From the NCBI RefSeq assembly GCF_009914755.1, contig NC_060927.1: a stretch of DNA of 64,000 nucleotides; one strand, 5' to 3'. A program made the position numbers and the translations under genes. How positions within the stretch are numbered: position 1 is the stretch's first letter; every line of letters begins with the position of its first letter. Shown one piece after another: positions 41,010 through 53,450 of the stretch. The notes under the pieces were generated by a model, which ran no database searches, was not told the origin of the DNA, and worked only from the letters and a program-made list of their open reading frames with translations. The DNA comes from the human T2T-CHM13v2.0 reference genome, Homo sapiens.

Positions 41010-41537
41010 TCTGGGTCTAAACTCTTAAGTCATTGACTTCTCTTGATCACCGAGTACTTTGCAGATTACACATCTCTCTGAGGTAAGTGTTCACTATGTC
41101 TTGTGATAACTAAAACTTGTATGGAATTTTCTCAGACTGTCTGGGGCCTACTCCTTTTGTTTGAAAACTTCTTCCCGTTCGGGCTATGATAATTTCTGAA
41201 ACCTCTTAGCTTCTTATATAATGGCTGATGAATGGAGCTTTATTTAAATTTTGAATTCATTTTTATGCAAATGCTTACCAGCCTCCAGGAAGATAAATCG
41301 TGCACATGGATTGGTCTTCCAAGTTTTAAGGCATATGCGTTGCCAAGATTTTCCTTTTATTTGCAAAAAAGTTTAGGCCATTTCATTTTTCTTTTTCCCC
41401 ACCTGTTCTATAACTAGAGTTTCTTTATGGGTGTTATTTGATAATTCAGACTTTTCAGGCTGATAATATTCTGACTATCTTGAAGATCTCCATTTCTACC
41501 AAGTTGAATCATTTATTTAACAAACATTTGAGACCAT

Positions 41538-42239
41538 TGCAGTAGGTAGCTAGTCAGACATGAGCAAGGGCAAGAGAGGGCCTTCCCCAACCAGGAATGT
41601 CAAGCAACCATCAGGTGATGGTCAGGCAGTTGTTAAACTGTCTCTCTAAAACAATACTTGGTTGCAGCTGGCACCAGGAAATGGCCGTCTCCCAACAGAC
41701 AGAAACACTTGAAGCTGGTGTTCAGCACCTTCCCAATAAGATCTCAGGAGGTGGGCGAGTGGGCTCAAGCATGTGCACTAAGAGGAAAGATGGCAGAGTT
41801 TAACTGGTATATGGCCTTCTTCTAGGAATGCTGGATTGGTAAGGGAAAAACACCTCAAGTGAGCATGCATACAACTTTAGTAAACACACTGCACGTGAAG
41901 CCCCTCCTGGGTGCTGGCAAGCCACTGCACAGGTGGACAGCCCACCCCAGGTGAAGAATCACGGGAGAAGAGATGTAGACTTAGGAAGAATGCCAATGTG
42001 TAAAATCCAAGTGGAAGGTCAAGCTCGGCACTTCAATCTCCTAAGTCATCCGCTTGGCCCTCTTCCAAGTGTATTTGACTTCCCTTTGTTTCTGCTCTAT
42101 TCTTTTTAATAAATGTTCACTCCTGCTCTAAAGCTTGCCTTGGTCTCTCCCTCTGCCTTATGCTACTTGGTCAAATTCTTTTTTCTGAGGAGGCAAGAAT
42201 TGAGGTTGCTGTAGACCTGCATGGATTCGCTGCTGCTAA
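41538..42239 (+). mobile_element. MER50-like ERV1 solo LTR inserted in an L2
   Basis: cagacatgagca, ccatcaggtgatggtcaggcagttgttaaactgtctctctaaaa, aataaa, gaggaggcaagaattgaggttgct; flanked by tgagaccat on both sides. Confidence 0.88.
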
Positions 42240-42740
42240 TGAGACCATGCTGAGCACTCTGCTACATGCTGGGGATCCAGTGCTGAGCAGAACCCTCGGG
42301 GAGCACACCTGTTGGTGGAAGGCCAGACATTAAAGACTTATAAAAATAATTCAAGCTTTGGTAATGACAGTGATAGAAGACATGGTGCTCTGAGAATATA
42401 CAAAAAAATAAATATAACTTGCTCTGAAAATGTGTTTCTATACATTTGACATTTGAATAGATTTTTTAACAGATGAATACAAATTAACTAGACAAAGGTA
42501 GGTATAGGTGGGGAAGAAGGGAGGTATGAATGTTCATACAGGCTTCAAGAAGAAATAAAAGTGGGCCAGGGATTCAGAAATGTGCAGTAGAGAGTGGTGC
42601 AGAGTGAAGCTGTTCAGGTGAGCAGATGACATTTGCATGGCTCATCTATTGCAGGGGATTATGACAAAAATTCAAGCTCATAGATCACACAAAGCACTTT
42701 AAGATACTGATCTAATACTCTTAGAGATGATTGCGTTGGA
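42240..42740 (-). mobile_element. L2 element (its 3' end lies at 41505-41537)
   Basis: gcactctgctacatgctggggatccag continues atcatttatttaacaaacatt. Confidence 0.65.
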
Positions 42741-44339
42741 AGTGAGGGTAGGGGTGCTACTCTTCCCGTGGCCCTGTAAAATTGGTGGCCCAGGAATATT
42801 AGAGCTGACACTGGCTGTAAGATTTTGGTTAATTTTAAAAAATATTTAGCCATTATCAAGGGCCTATGATCACCACAGGTAGCCTGCTGGGTGGATCCAA
42901 TTATTTGTGAGAAATCAAAGGCTGATGACAGGTTTACTGTACTTTTTTCAGCTTATTGGATCAGACCCAGGACAGGGAAGTTTTGAGCAGCTGAGGATTG
43001 GGAAAATCTGGGCCATAGGTTGCTACGGGAAGGCTGAGTCAGGACAGCCTGCTAAGGGTATTGGCGGTGGAGCAAGAATGAAAGGGCTGTTGGAGACAAT
43101 TGCGTCTTATCTGTGATGCAAATGGGGTATATTTTCTCTCCCTTTTGCCTCAGGCCCTCAGGGTAGTTACCAGATCCTGAAAGTTCTGAACCAGAGATCT
43201 TCTCAGGTCCCAGATGATATGAGGGTAAGTTTTACATGTAAGTTAGAGGATAGGATTTTTTTAGTTTCATAAATACAAATGTAGCCATTAGACTAGATAC
43301 CCTCTTAAATTTTCTTCTTTCCCTAGACTTGAGATTGTCTCTTTAACATATCATTGACCATTTTTTTATGTAGGAAGGAGCAGAGCTTGAGGGAATGGGA
43401 AATGCACATGCTAAATCTTGATGAGCAGTCTTGACCATGGTGAGGTCAAAGGAGGAGAGCCCCGCAGTGCTGTCACAGACAGTAGCATGGGTGCTGGGGA
43501 GAGACTCCCAGGGCCAGGAAACACTGAAGACAAAGTTAGTTGACTTCTCAAGATTACCTACCTTGTGGTTGCTTTAGTCATCGTCTATTCTTAAGGTGGT
43601 GTGTGTCCTCTTGAGGCTTGGCAGTTATGGTGGACATGGACATATTTTAGTTTATTAAATCAATTTTGAATTATGACAGTGTTATTATTTTAATATTCAT
43701 TTCCACCTTTTGAGGATAGAAAGTCCTTATGTTTCATAATTGGGAGGACTACTTGGAGGTCATCCAATGTAACCTTCCATCTGCTTTGAGAGTATCTGTG
43801 CTGATATCTTTGAGAATGGCTTCCATTTGAAGCTATTTTGGAGAAGCTCTGACTGGTAATGACATGTTTTCTTAAATTGAGCTGTTACCTGTCAGGAACA
43901 TTTAGTCTTCAAAGACATATTGGACAAGTCTACCTCATCCACACGTTAGAATTTCAGTTATTTAAAGTCAGCTATCATGAACAGTTGATGTTTCCATACG
44001 GTTTTCTCCACAGTAGCAGTTTACCAGGAAGTATACTAAAATGCATCTGAAAAGTGGAATATCTCTTTACTCTTGGTAATCTAGTCTGTATTTGAAACTC
44101 AAGGTTCACATACAATCTATGTGGATTACATTTGAGGTGAACTCACTATCTGAGAATTTGCAGTGTTGATGAAGTGGTATCTCAAATTTTCTTTTTTACT
44201 TTGAGCACAAAATTTAAACAGTTTTTGAATAAATGTTCATATAAGACATAATTGTTAAGGCCTAGAAATTTTTCTTTTTGCACTAAGCAAGTAGAAAAAT
44301 TATCAGTCATAAGCTGGATCTGTATTCATTTAGTCAACG

Positions 44340-44652
<313 letters not shown>

Positions 44653-44992
44653 TAAAGGAAAACATTTTCAGACAATTTGGAACATAATGAAATATTTGAA
44701 ATATATTCAATTTGGTGTTTTGTTTCTTTTATAGGATTAGTTATTGGGGGAAATATCTTGAGTTCTATTTATTCATCTTTCCATTATTTATTAAGCAAAG
44801 GAAGTGACATAGATAAATTAAGGAGATTCTTAGGAGGATGTGGTGGACAACTTTGAGTGCAGATTTTTCCCCCTTTCTGAGGTAAAGTAAGTAACAAAAC
44901 AGAGGGAAGAGTGAAGGGTAGGGAGCTGGATGAGGAGAAAGGTGAAGAGAATACTTCGGATGTTTTGGCTTTGAGATGCCTTTAGAATACTT

Positions 44993-45435
44993 TGTAGTAG
45001 GACAAGCCACAGACAAAACCCCTCAGACACTGGGTTAAAGAAAGGAAGCGACTTTATTTGGCCAAGAGCATTGGCAGACTTGCGTCTCAAGAACCAAGCT
45101 CTCTGAAGAAAGAGTTCCTGGCCCTTTTAAGGGCTTACCATTCTAAGGGGTCCACATGACAGGGTTGTGATAGATTGAGCAAGCTTGGGGTACATGACTA
45201 GGTGGGGGTAAAGCAAGGCAAGTATTTCTCCATACCATTGTCTGTTATCTATAGATAGCACAAGCAACTAGAATTTTTCTCTTGCCGGCAGGGGTGGGGG
45301 TTACAAGCAATTAGGGGGTTAATCTTTAACCTTTAGGCCTGGCCAGTGGCGACGATCAGTCTGTTATTTTTCAGTTTTTACTTCCTCCTTTTCTTTGGAG
45401 ACAGGAGACAGTAAGAGAAATGGCCTCTCTCCTCA
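44993..45435 (-). mobile_element. ERV1 solo LTR (LTR15/LTR2-related)
   Basis: TG...CA termini; tgtagtaggacaagccacagacaaaacccctcagacac; ggcccttttaagggctt; flanks actt / acct (4-bp TSD, 1 mismatch). Confidence 0.85.
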
Positions 45436-46423
45436 ACCTAAGAACATATTCCCTATAGTATTTCAATCCTGATCTGATGTTCCAGAGAGAAATCTGGTCT
45501 GTCACTATTGACTGGGAAGGTTTCAACCTACAGACAGTATTGAAAACCTGGGGAAGAGATGAGACCAGTGAGAAAGAATGAGCCAGGTGAGAAGAAACGA
45601 AGGGTAGAAATGCAGGCATGTACAACTCCGATGTTTAAAGGATGGGAAATGGAAAAGGAGACTCAGGAAGGGAAGATGATGGAGAAACAGCAGCTGGAGA
45701 GATGGGAGGAAAACAGGAGAGGGTGTGGGCCCCTTACCCCGACCTCTGCTTGTTGTTCCTTCCTTCCTTTTTTTTTTTTTTTTTTTGCCAAGTATTTTCA
45801 ATTGTTCAAGGAGATATTTGTCAAGGCAAATGAAGACAGAGCAGAATTAAACATGTTTAGCAACAAGCAACACAGTGGTAACCTTGACGAGAATGCTTTC
45901 AGTGGAATCCTTTTTTCTTTTAAAATGATATTTTATTATGAAAAACTTCAAACTTACGCAAAAGTGACAAGATAAAATAATGCCCATGAACCCATAATCC
46001 AGCCACAACCACCACCATCATGTCTGCGTTCCTTGTGAGTCCTATTGCTTTATTTTGTCATTTAATGTTAGTGTCTGGTACAGGGCCTGGTTTACTGAAG
46101 ATAGTAAATATTTGTGGGATAAATAAAAATGAATACATATAAATGAATAAACAGTATGTGGTGTGCTGTTTAGAGATACAAAGACAAAACAAAAGGAGCA
46201 CTGCCGCCCTCGAGGAGTTTATAGCCTGATTGGTTGCAGCAGACATCAAGCCACAAGGGTTAAGTCCGAGCAAGCACAGGGTATGGATTCTTATGCTGTT
46301 ATGGTAGATTCAGGGAACATTTGTGAATTCCATTCACTCCTGTTCCAGTGATAAGTGAGGGGTGATGGAACCAGGACAATTCGAGCTAGATTTGAATCCT
46401 TACTTCATCCCTTCCCTGCTGTG

Positions 46424-46865
46424 TGTCACACGCATTTGTGTGAAAAGAGTCTACCAACAGGCTTTGTGTAAGCAACAAGGCTGTTTATTCACTTGGGTAC
46501 AAGTGGGCTGAGTCCGAGAAAGGAGTCAGCAAAGGGAGATGGGGTGGGGCAGTTTTATAGGATTTGGGTAGATAGTGGAAAATTACAGTCAAAGGGGGTT
46601 TTTCTCTTGTGGGCAGGGGTGGGGGTTACAAGGTGCTCGGTGGGGAGCTTCTAAGGCTCATTGTCCAGGAGAAAGAATGTCACAGGGTCAATTGATCAGT
46701 TAGGGTGGGGCAGGAACAAATCACAATGGTGGAATGTCATCAGTTAAGGCAGGAACTGGCTATTTTCACTTCTTTTGTGGTTCTCCAGTTGCTTCAGGCC
46801 ATCTGGATGTATATGTGCAGGTCACAGGGGATATGATGGCTTAGCTTGGGCTCAGAGGTCTGATA
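46424..46865 (-). mobile_element. HERV-H solo LTR (LTR7C/LTR7B-like) inserted in a MIR
   Basis: Reverse complement contains ctctgagcccaagctaagccatcatatcccctgtgacctgcac, ccttaactgatgacattccacc, cctataaaa; perfect 5-bp TSD ctgtg at 46419-46423 and 46866-46870. Confidence 0.95.
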
Positions 46866-48948
46866 CTGTGAGGTTTTGAGTTTATCATTTAATTTCTTTG
46901 GGCTTTGGTTTTATCGTTGTTGAATTTTTTTTTAAACCTATAGAATTGTGTGAATTAACTGCGAAAATGGATGTAAAGCCCCCAACACAAGGTCTAACAC
47001 ATAGGAAGAGCTTATTACTGTAATATCATCATCATGCTTTTTGTCACCATCTATCTGTTTATTCTCCAAGAACAGTTTTGCATAGGCATACTACTACCTC
47101 CTTCTCCCAAACACACTTTCACATATATGCACCTGCACTGCACATACCTCATACTCATTTTCCCCCTTACCTTTCCATTTTTAGTCTTCCTCACCTGGAA
47201 TGCTGTTGGAGTAAATGTGTAAGCATAGCTCCAGTGTGCTTAAAGACTTTCCCACCTGGATCTACCAAATGAGATCTCACTTCTGGCCTGGCAGGCAGGG
47301 CTCTCATTACAGCACCCCCGACTACCTGCACCCCACCCCATCCCGCCCAACCTTGCCAGTCTAATTTCCCACTGCTCCCGAGCATGTCTTCAGGCTCAAT
47401 TGCTTTTTGTTCTGTGAATGCACTCTTTTGTGGGGCCTTTGTAACCATCATTCTTCTACTTAGGATAATCTTTCTGCTCATCTATACCCTTTATGGACAC
47501 CCTATGCATCCTCCTGGTGTGTTTGTTTGATACATTACATCTTTATGAAGCATTTCCAAATAGTTCCACAATTGAAGATAGGAGCTCCTACCTATAATCT
47601 GTCTGGGGCACCCTTTGCTGCTGTTCTTGTCCTTCTCTTTTCTTTTATATGGAAAGAAAAATCACATACCTTTAAGTGTATGTACTTATCATTTTATCTT
47701 ACTGGAATGTTCTTAAGATTAAATTTTGAAAATGAGATGCTGGGGCAGGGCCAAGATGGCCAATGGGAAGCAGCAGCGACTGGATGCTGCCATAGAACAT
47801 AACCGTAATAGTGTGTGAATCCTGCACCAGCAACCGAGGTATCCAGGTTCTCTCATCAGAACTGACTAGGTGTTTAGTGTGATCCACAGAGAGGAAGGAA
47901 GAGCAGTGTGGTGTGGTGGCTCACCTGAGAGCCGTATGGGGCAGGCAAGCCACCAATGCCCAGCCAAGGGAGGTGGTGAGTGAGCATGCTACCCAGCTGG
48001 GAAACCATGCTTTTTCTATTGAACTGTGCAACCCATGGATCAGAAGATCCCATCTGTGAACCTATGCCACCAGGGCCCAGGGTCCCAACCCCGGAGCCAT
48101 GCAGTTTCTCAGCATCCTCTCAGCTAGAATCTGCTTAAGCACCTGCTTAGAAACTAGGGGGAGGGGCAACCAGCATCACAGCTGAGGCCGCCTGCTGTCT
48201 AAGCCATTTGAGCTCCTGGGGGAGGGGTGTCAGCCAACACTGGGAATGCTCGCTGCCTAACATGCTAAGCTCCCTGGGTTGTAGAAGGGTGGCAGCCATC
48301 TCTATAGCTCCAGGCTGTGCTTTTCCCCTGCTGGAGCCAGGGAAACTGCACGGCTTGGTCCCAAGAGATGTCCCCCACAACCCAACTCAACGCTGTGGCA
48401 GACTGCAGCCAGAGTGCCTCTTCAGGCCTGACCCTGACCCGTCTCCCCTCACTGGATGGGGCCTCCCTGCAGGAACTCCAACAACTCTAGCCAGGGGCTC
48501 AGGGACAGAGCTCTGATCTCTCCCTAAACGAAATGGTAGCCACAGTCTCTGCAGATCAGCAGACTTAGCCTTTCCTTCTGGTGGTTCTGAGGAATCTGGG
48601 CAGCCCAGGAGAGTGCCATCCAATTGGGTGAGAACTTCCAACAAGGGTTGTCAGACACCATATACAGGAGTGATCCTACTGGCATCAGGTTGGTGCCCCC
48701 TGAGGTCAGAGATCCCACAGGAAGGAGCAGGCATCCGTCTTTGCTGCTCTTCAGCCTCCTTGAGTGACATCTCCAGGTGCGGGAGTGAACCCCCAGCAAA
48801 CTGCAGCAGCCCTACAGAAGAGGGACCTGACCACTGAAAGAAAGACACACAAACAGAAAGCAACAGCAACAGCATCAACAACAAAAAAAGTCCCCACAAA
48901 AATCCCAGCCAAGGGTCAGCAGCCTCAAAGATCAAAACTAGACAAATG

Positions 48949-49774
48949 CATGAAGATGAAAAAGAATCAACAAAAAAATGTTGAAAATGCAAAATGCCAG
49001 AGTGCCTCTTCTCCACATGATCACACCACGTCTTCAGCAAGGATGCAGAACTGGACAGAGGATGAGATGGATGAATTGACAGAGGTAGGCTTCAGAGGAT
49101 GGGTAATAACAAACTGTGCTGAGCTAAAGGAGCATGTTCTAACCCAATGCAAAGAAGCTAAAAACCTTCATAAAAGGTTAGAGAGCCGCTAACTAGAATA
49201 ATCAGTTTTCAGAGGATCATAAATGACCTGATGGAGCTGAAAAACATAGAACGAGAACTTCGTGAAGCATGCACAACTATCAATAGACCAGTTGACCAAG
49301 TGGAAGAAAAAATATCAGTTTTTGAAGACCACCTTGCTGAAATAAGACATGCAGACAAAATTAGAGAAAAAAATGAAAAGGAACAAATAAAGCCTCTGAG
49401 AAATATGGGACTATGTAAACAGACAGAACCTATGATTGATTGGAATACCTGAAGGAGACAGGGAGAATGGAAACAAGCTGGCAAACATACTTCAGGATAT
49501 TATCCAGGAGCACTTTACAAATCTAGCAAGACAGGCCAACATTCAAATTCAGGAAATACAGAGAACACCACTAAGATACTCCATGAGATCAATCACAAGA
49601 CACATAATCATCAGATTCTCCAAGGTAGAAATGAAGGAAAAGCTGTTAAGGACAGACAGAGAGAAAGGCCTGGTCACCTACAAAGGTAAGCCCATCAGAC
49701 TAAAAGTGGACACCTCAGGACAAACCCTACCAGCCAGAAGAGAGTGGGGACCAATATTCAACATTCTTAAAGAA
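48949..49774 (+). pseudogene. Disrupted L1 ORF1p
   Basis: Frame-shifted pieces QNWTEDEMDELTEVGFR, IGIPEGDRENGNKL, RHIIIRFSKVEMKEK, VTYKGKPIRL. Confidence 0.93.
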
Positions 49775-49777
49775 TTT

Positions 49778-52760
49778 GCCCCACAGAAATACAAACTACC
49801 ATCAGAGAATACAATACACAGCTCTATTCAATTAAACTAGAAAACCTAGAAGAAATGGATACATTCCTGGACACATACACCCTCCCCAGACTAAACCAGG
49901 AAGAAATTGAATCCCTGAATAGACAAGTAGACAAGTTCTGAATCCTGAATAGTTGAATCCCTGAATTCCTGAAAAAAGTTGAATTCCTGAAAAGTTGAAT
50001 CCCTGAATAGACCAATAGGCAAGTTCTGAAATTGAGGTGGTAATTAATAGCCTACTAACCAAAAACAGCCCAATACCAGACAGATTCACAGCTGAATTCT
50101 ACCAGAGGTACAAAGAGGAGCTGGTACTGTCCCTTCTGAAACTATTCCAAATATTAAAAAGGAAGGACTCCTTCCTAACTCATTTCATGAGGCCAGCATC
50201 ATCCTGATACCAAAACCTGGCAGAGACACAACAAAAAAAGAAAACTTCAGGCCAATATCTCTGATGAACAGTGATGCAAGAATCCTCAATAAAATACTGG
50301 CAAACTGAATCCAGCAGCACATCAAAAAACTTATCCACCACGATCAAGTTGGCCTTATCCCTGGGATGCAAGGCTGGTTCAACATATGCAAATTAATAAA
50401 CATAATTCATCACATAAACACAATCAAAGACAAAAACCACATGATTATCTCAATAGATGCAGAAAAGGCCTTTGATAATATTCAACTCCCTTCATGTTAA
50501 AAACTCTCAATAAACTAGGTATTGATGGACATATCTCAATAAGAGCTATTTATGATAAACCCATAGCCAATATCATATCGAATGGGCAAAAGCTGGAAGC
50601 ATTCCCTTTGAAAACTGGCACCAGAGAAGGATGCCCTTTCTCACCACTCCTATTCAATGTAGTATTAGACGTTCTGGCTAAGACAATCAGGCAAGAAAAA
50701 GAAATAAGGTATTCAAATAGGAAGAGAGGAAGTCAAATTGTTCCTGTTTGCAGATGACATGATTCTGTATTTAGACAACCCCATCATCGGCCAGGCGCAG
50801 TGGCTCAAGTCTGTAATCCCAGCACTTTGGGAGGCCGAGGTGGGTGGATCACCTGAGGTCAGGAATTTGAGATCAGCCTGGCCAACATGGCGAAACCCCA
50901 TGTCTACTAAAAATACAAAAATTAGCTGGGTGTAATGGCACGTGCCCATAATCTCAGCTACTTGAGAGTCTGAGGCAGGAGAATCAATTGAAACCAGGAG
51001 GTGGAGGTTGCAGTGAGCTGGGATTTTACCATTGCACTCCAGCCTGGACAAAACTCCATCTAAAAAGAAAAAAAAAATGGAAAAAGAGAAAAGAAAAATC
51101 CCATCGTCTCAGCCCCAAAAGTCCTAAAGCTGAAAAGCAACTTTAGCAAAGTCTCAGGGTACAAAATCAATGTGCAAAAATCACAAGCATTCCTATACAC
51201 CAACAATAGACAAGCAGAGAGCCAAATCATGAATGAACTCCCTTGCTACAAAGAGAATAAAATACCTAGGAATACAGCTAACAAGGGATGTGAAGGACCT
51301 CTTCAAGAGCTACAAACCATTGTCAAGGAAATAAGAGAGTACAGAAACAAATGGAAAAACATTCCATCATCGTGGATAGGAAGAATCAATATGAAAATGG
51401 CCATACTGCCCAAAGTAATTTATAGATTCAATGCTATTCCCGTTAAACTACCGCTGACATTCTTCATAGAGTTAGAAAAAATTACTTTAGATTTCATATG
51501 GAACCAAAGAATAGCCCATATAGCCAAGACAACTCTAAGCAAAAAGAACAAAGCTGGAGGCATCATGTTACCTGACTTCAAACTATACTACAAGGCTACA
51601 GTAACCAAAACAGCATGGTACTGGTACCAAAACTGACATATAGACCAACAGAACAGAACAGAGATCTCAGAAATAACACCACACATCTACAACCACCTGA
51701 GCTTCAACAAACCTGACAAAAACAAGCAATGGGGAAAGAATTTCCTATTAAATAAATGGTGCTGGGAAAACTGGCTAGCCATATGCAGAAACCTGAAACT
51801 GGACCCCTTCCTTATACCTTATACAAAAATTAACTCGAGACGAATTAAAGACTTAAATGTAAAACCCAAAACCATAAAAACCCTAAAAAAAACCTAGGCA
51901 ATACCATTCAGGACATAGACATGGGCAAAGACTTCATGATGAAAATGCCAAAAGCAATGCCAACAGAAGTCAAAATTGACAAATGGGATATAATTAAACG
52001 AAAGAGCTTCTGCACAGCAAAAGAAACTACTATCAGAGAGAAAAGGCAACCTACAGAATGGTGGAAAATTTGTACAGTGTACCCACCTGACAAAGATCTA
52101 ATATCCAGAATCTACAAGGAACTTAAACAAATTTACAAGAAAAAAACGAATAACCCCATCAAAAAGTGGGCAAAGGATATGAACAGACACTTCTCAAAAG
52201 AAGACATTTATGCAGCCAACAAACACATGAAAAGCCCAATATCACTGATCATCAGAGAATTGCAAATCAAAACCACAATGAGATACCACCTCACACCAGT
52301 CAGAATGGCGATTATTAAAAAGTCAAGAAACAATAGATGCTGGCAAGGCTGTGGAGAAATAGGAACACTTTTACGCTGTTGGTGAGAATGTAAATTAGTT
52401 CAACCTTTGTGGAAGACAGTGTGGCAATTCCTTAAGGATCTAGAACCAGAAATGCCATTTGACCCAGTAATCCCATTATTGGGTATGTACCCAAAGAAAT
52501 ATAAAACATTCTACTATAAAGACATATGTACACTTATATTTATTGCAGCACTATTTACAATAGCAAAGACATGGAACCAACCCAAATGCCCATCAATGAT
52601 AGGCTGGATAAAGACAATGTTGTACTTATACACCATAGAATACTGTGCAGCCATAAAAAGGAATGAGATTGTGTCCTTTGCAGGGACACGGATGAAGCTG
52701 GAAACCATCATCCTCAGCAAACTAACACAGGAACAGAAAACCAAACATTGCATGTTCTCA
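49778..52760 (+). pseudogene. Disrupted L1 ORF2p lacking the endonuclease domain
   Basis: [42 protein letters not shown]-terminal pieces; many frameshifts and an Alu insertion. Confidence 0.93.
50789..51092 (+). mobile_element. AluS SINE inserted in L1 ORF2 just after the FADD motif
   Basis: Full dimer; diverged duplication of L1 sequence ending ccatcatc (left) / ccatcgtc (right). Confidence 0.97.
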
Positions 52761-52984
52761 CTCATAAGTGGGAGTCAAACAATGACAAAACATGGACACA
52801 GGGAGAGAGGGGAACAATACATGCTGGGGCCTGTTTGGGGGTGGGGTCAAGGGAAGGGAACCTAGATGACAGGTCAGTAGGTGCAGCAAACCACCATGGC
52901 ACACATATACCTACGTAACAAGCCTGCATGTTCTGCACATGTATCCCAGAACTTAAAGTAAAAAATAATAACAAAATATGATCC

Positions 52985-53285
52985 CTAAAAAAAAAGATAA
53001 AAGGTAACAAGTGTTGGAAAGGATGCAGGGAAAATGGAATCATTTACATGGTTGGAGTGAAGGTAAATTTGCACAACCATTATGAAAAATGATAGAGGCT
53101 CATCAAAAATCTAAAAATAGAATGACCATATGACCCAGCAATCTCACCTCCAGGTATATATCCAAAGGAACTGAAATCTGTGTGTTGAAGAGATACATGC
53201 ATCCCCATGTTCACTGCAGCATTATCCACAGGGAGCAATCTAAGTGACCATCAACAGATGAATGAGTAAAGAAAATGTGGTGTAT
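52985..53285 (+). mobile_element. L1M(A)-type ORF2-end fragment
   Basis: aaaatagaatgaccatatgacccagcaatc...aaagaaaatgtgg. Confidence 0.8.
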
Positions 53286-53450
53286 TTTACTTAAAGAAAA
53301 AAATTTCTTCAGTGATTCCCTCTTAGCTGTTTGAAACAAGAATCTATACCTTCTATTATAGGATAATCCAAGCCACTGCCAATCAAAACAAGACTAATCA
53401 GCCCTATGCTTTGAACTGGTTACTAACCCTCATTATCAGGCTACAAAATT

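Larger units (their letters stand above)
47742..52975 (+). mobile_element. Near full-length but internally deleted LINE-1 (L1PA10/11-like)
   Basis: 5'UTR ggccaagatggcc..., ORF1 and ORF2 remnants, 3'UTR ...gtatcccagaacttaaagtaaaaa. Confidence 0.95.

Noticed and set aside
45559-45975. 138-aa ORF
   Set aside because: Low-complexity purine-rich and poly(T) sequence running into an old repeat fragment; no domain.
47742-52975. Retrotransposition-competent L1
   Set aside because: Endonuclease deleted, many frameshifts and an Alu inside ORF2.
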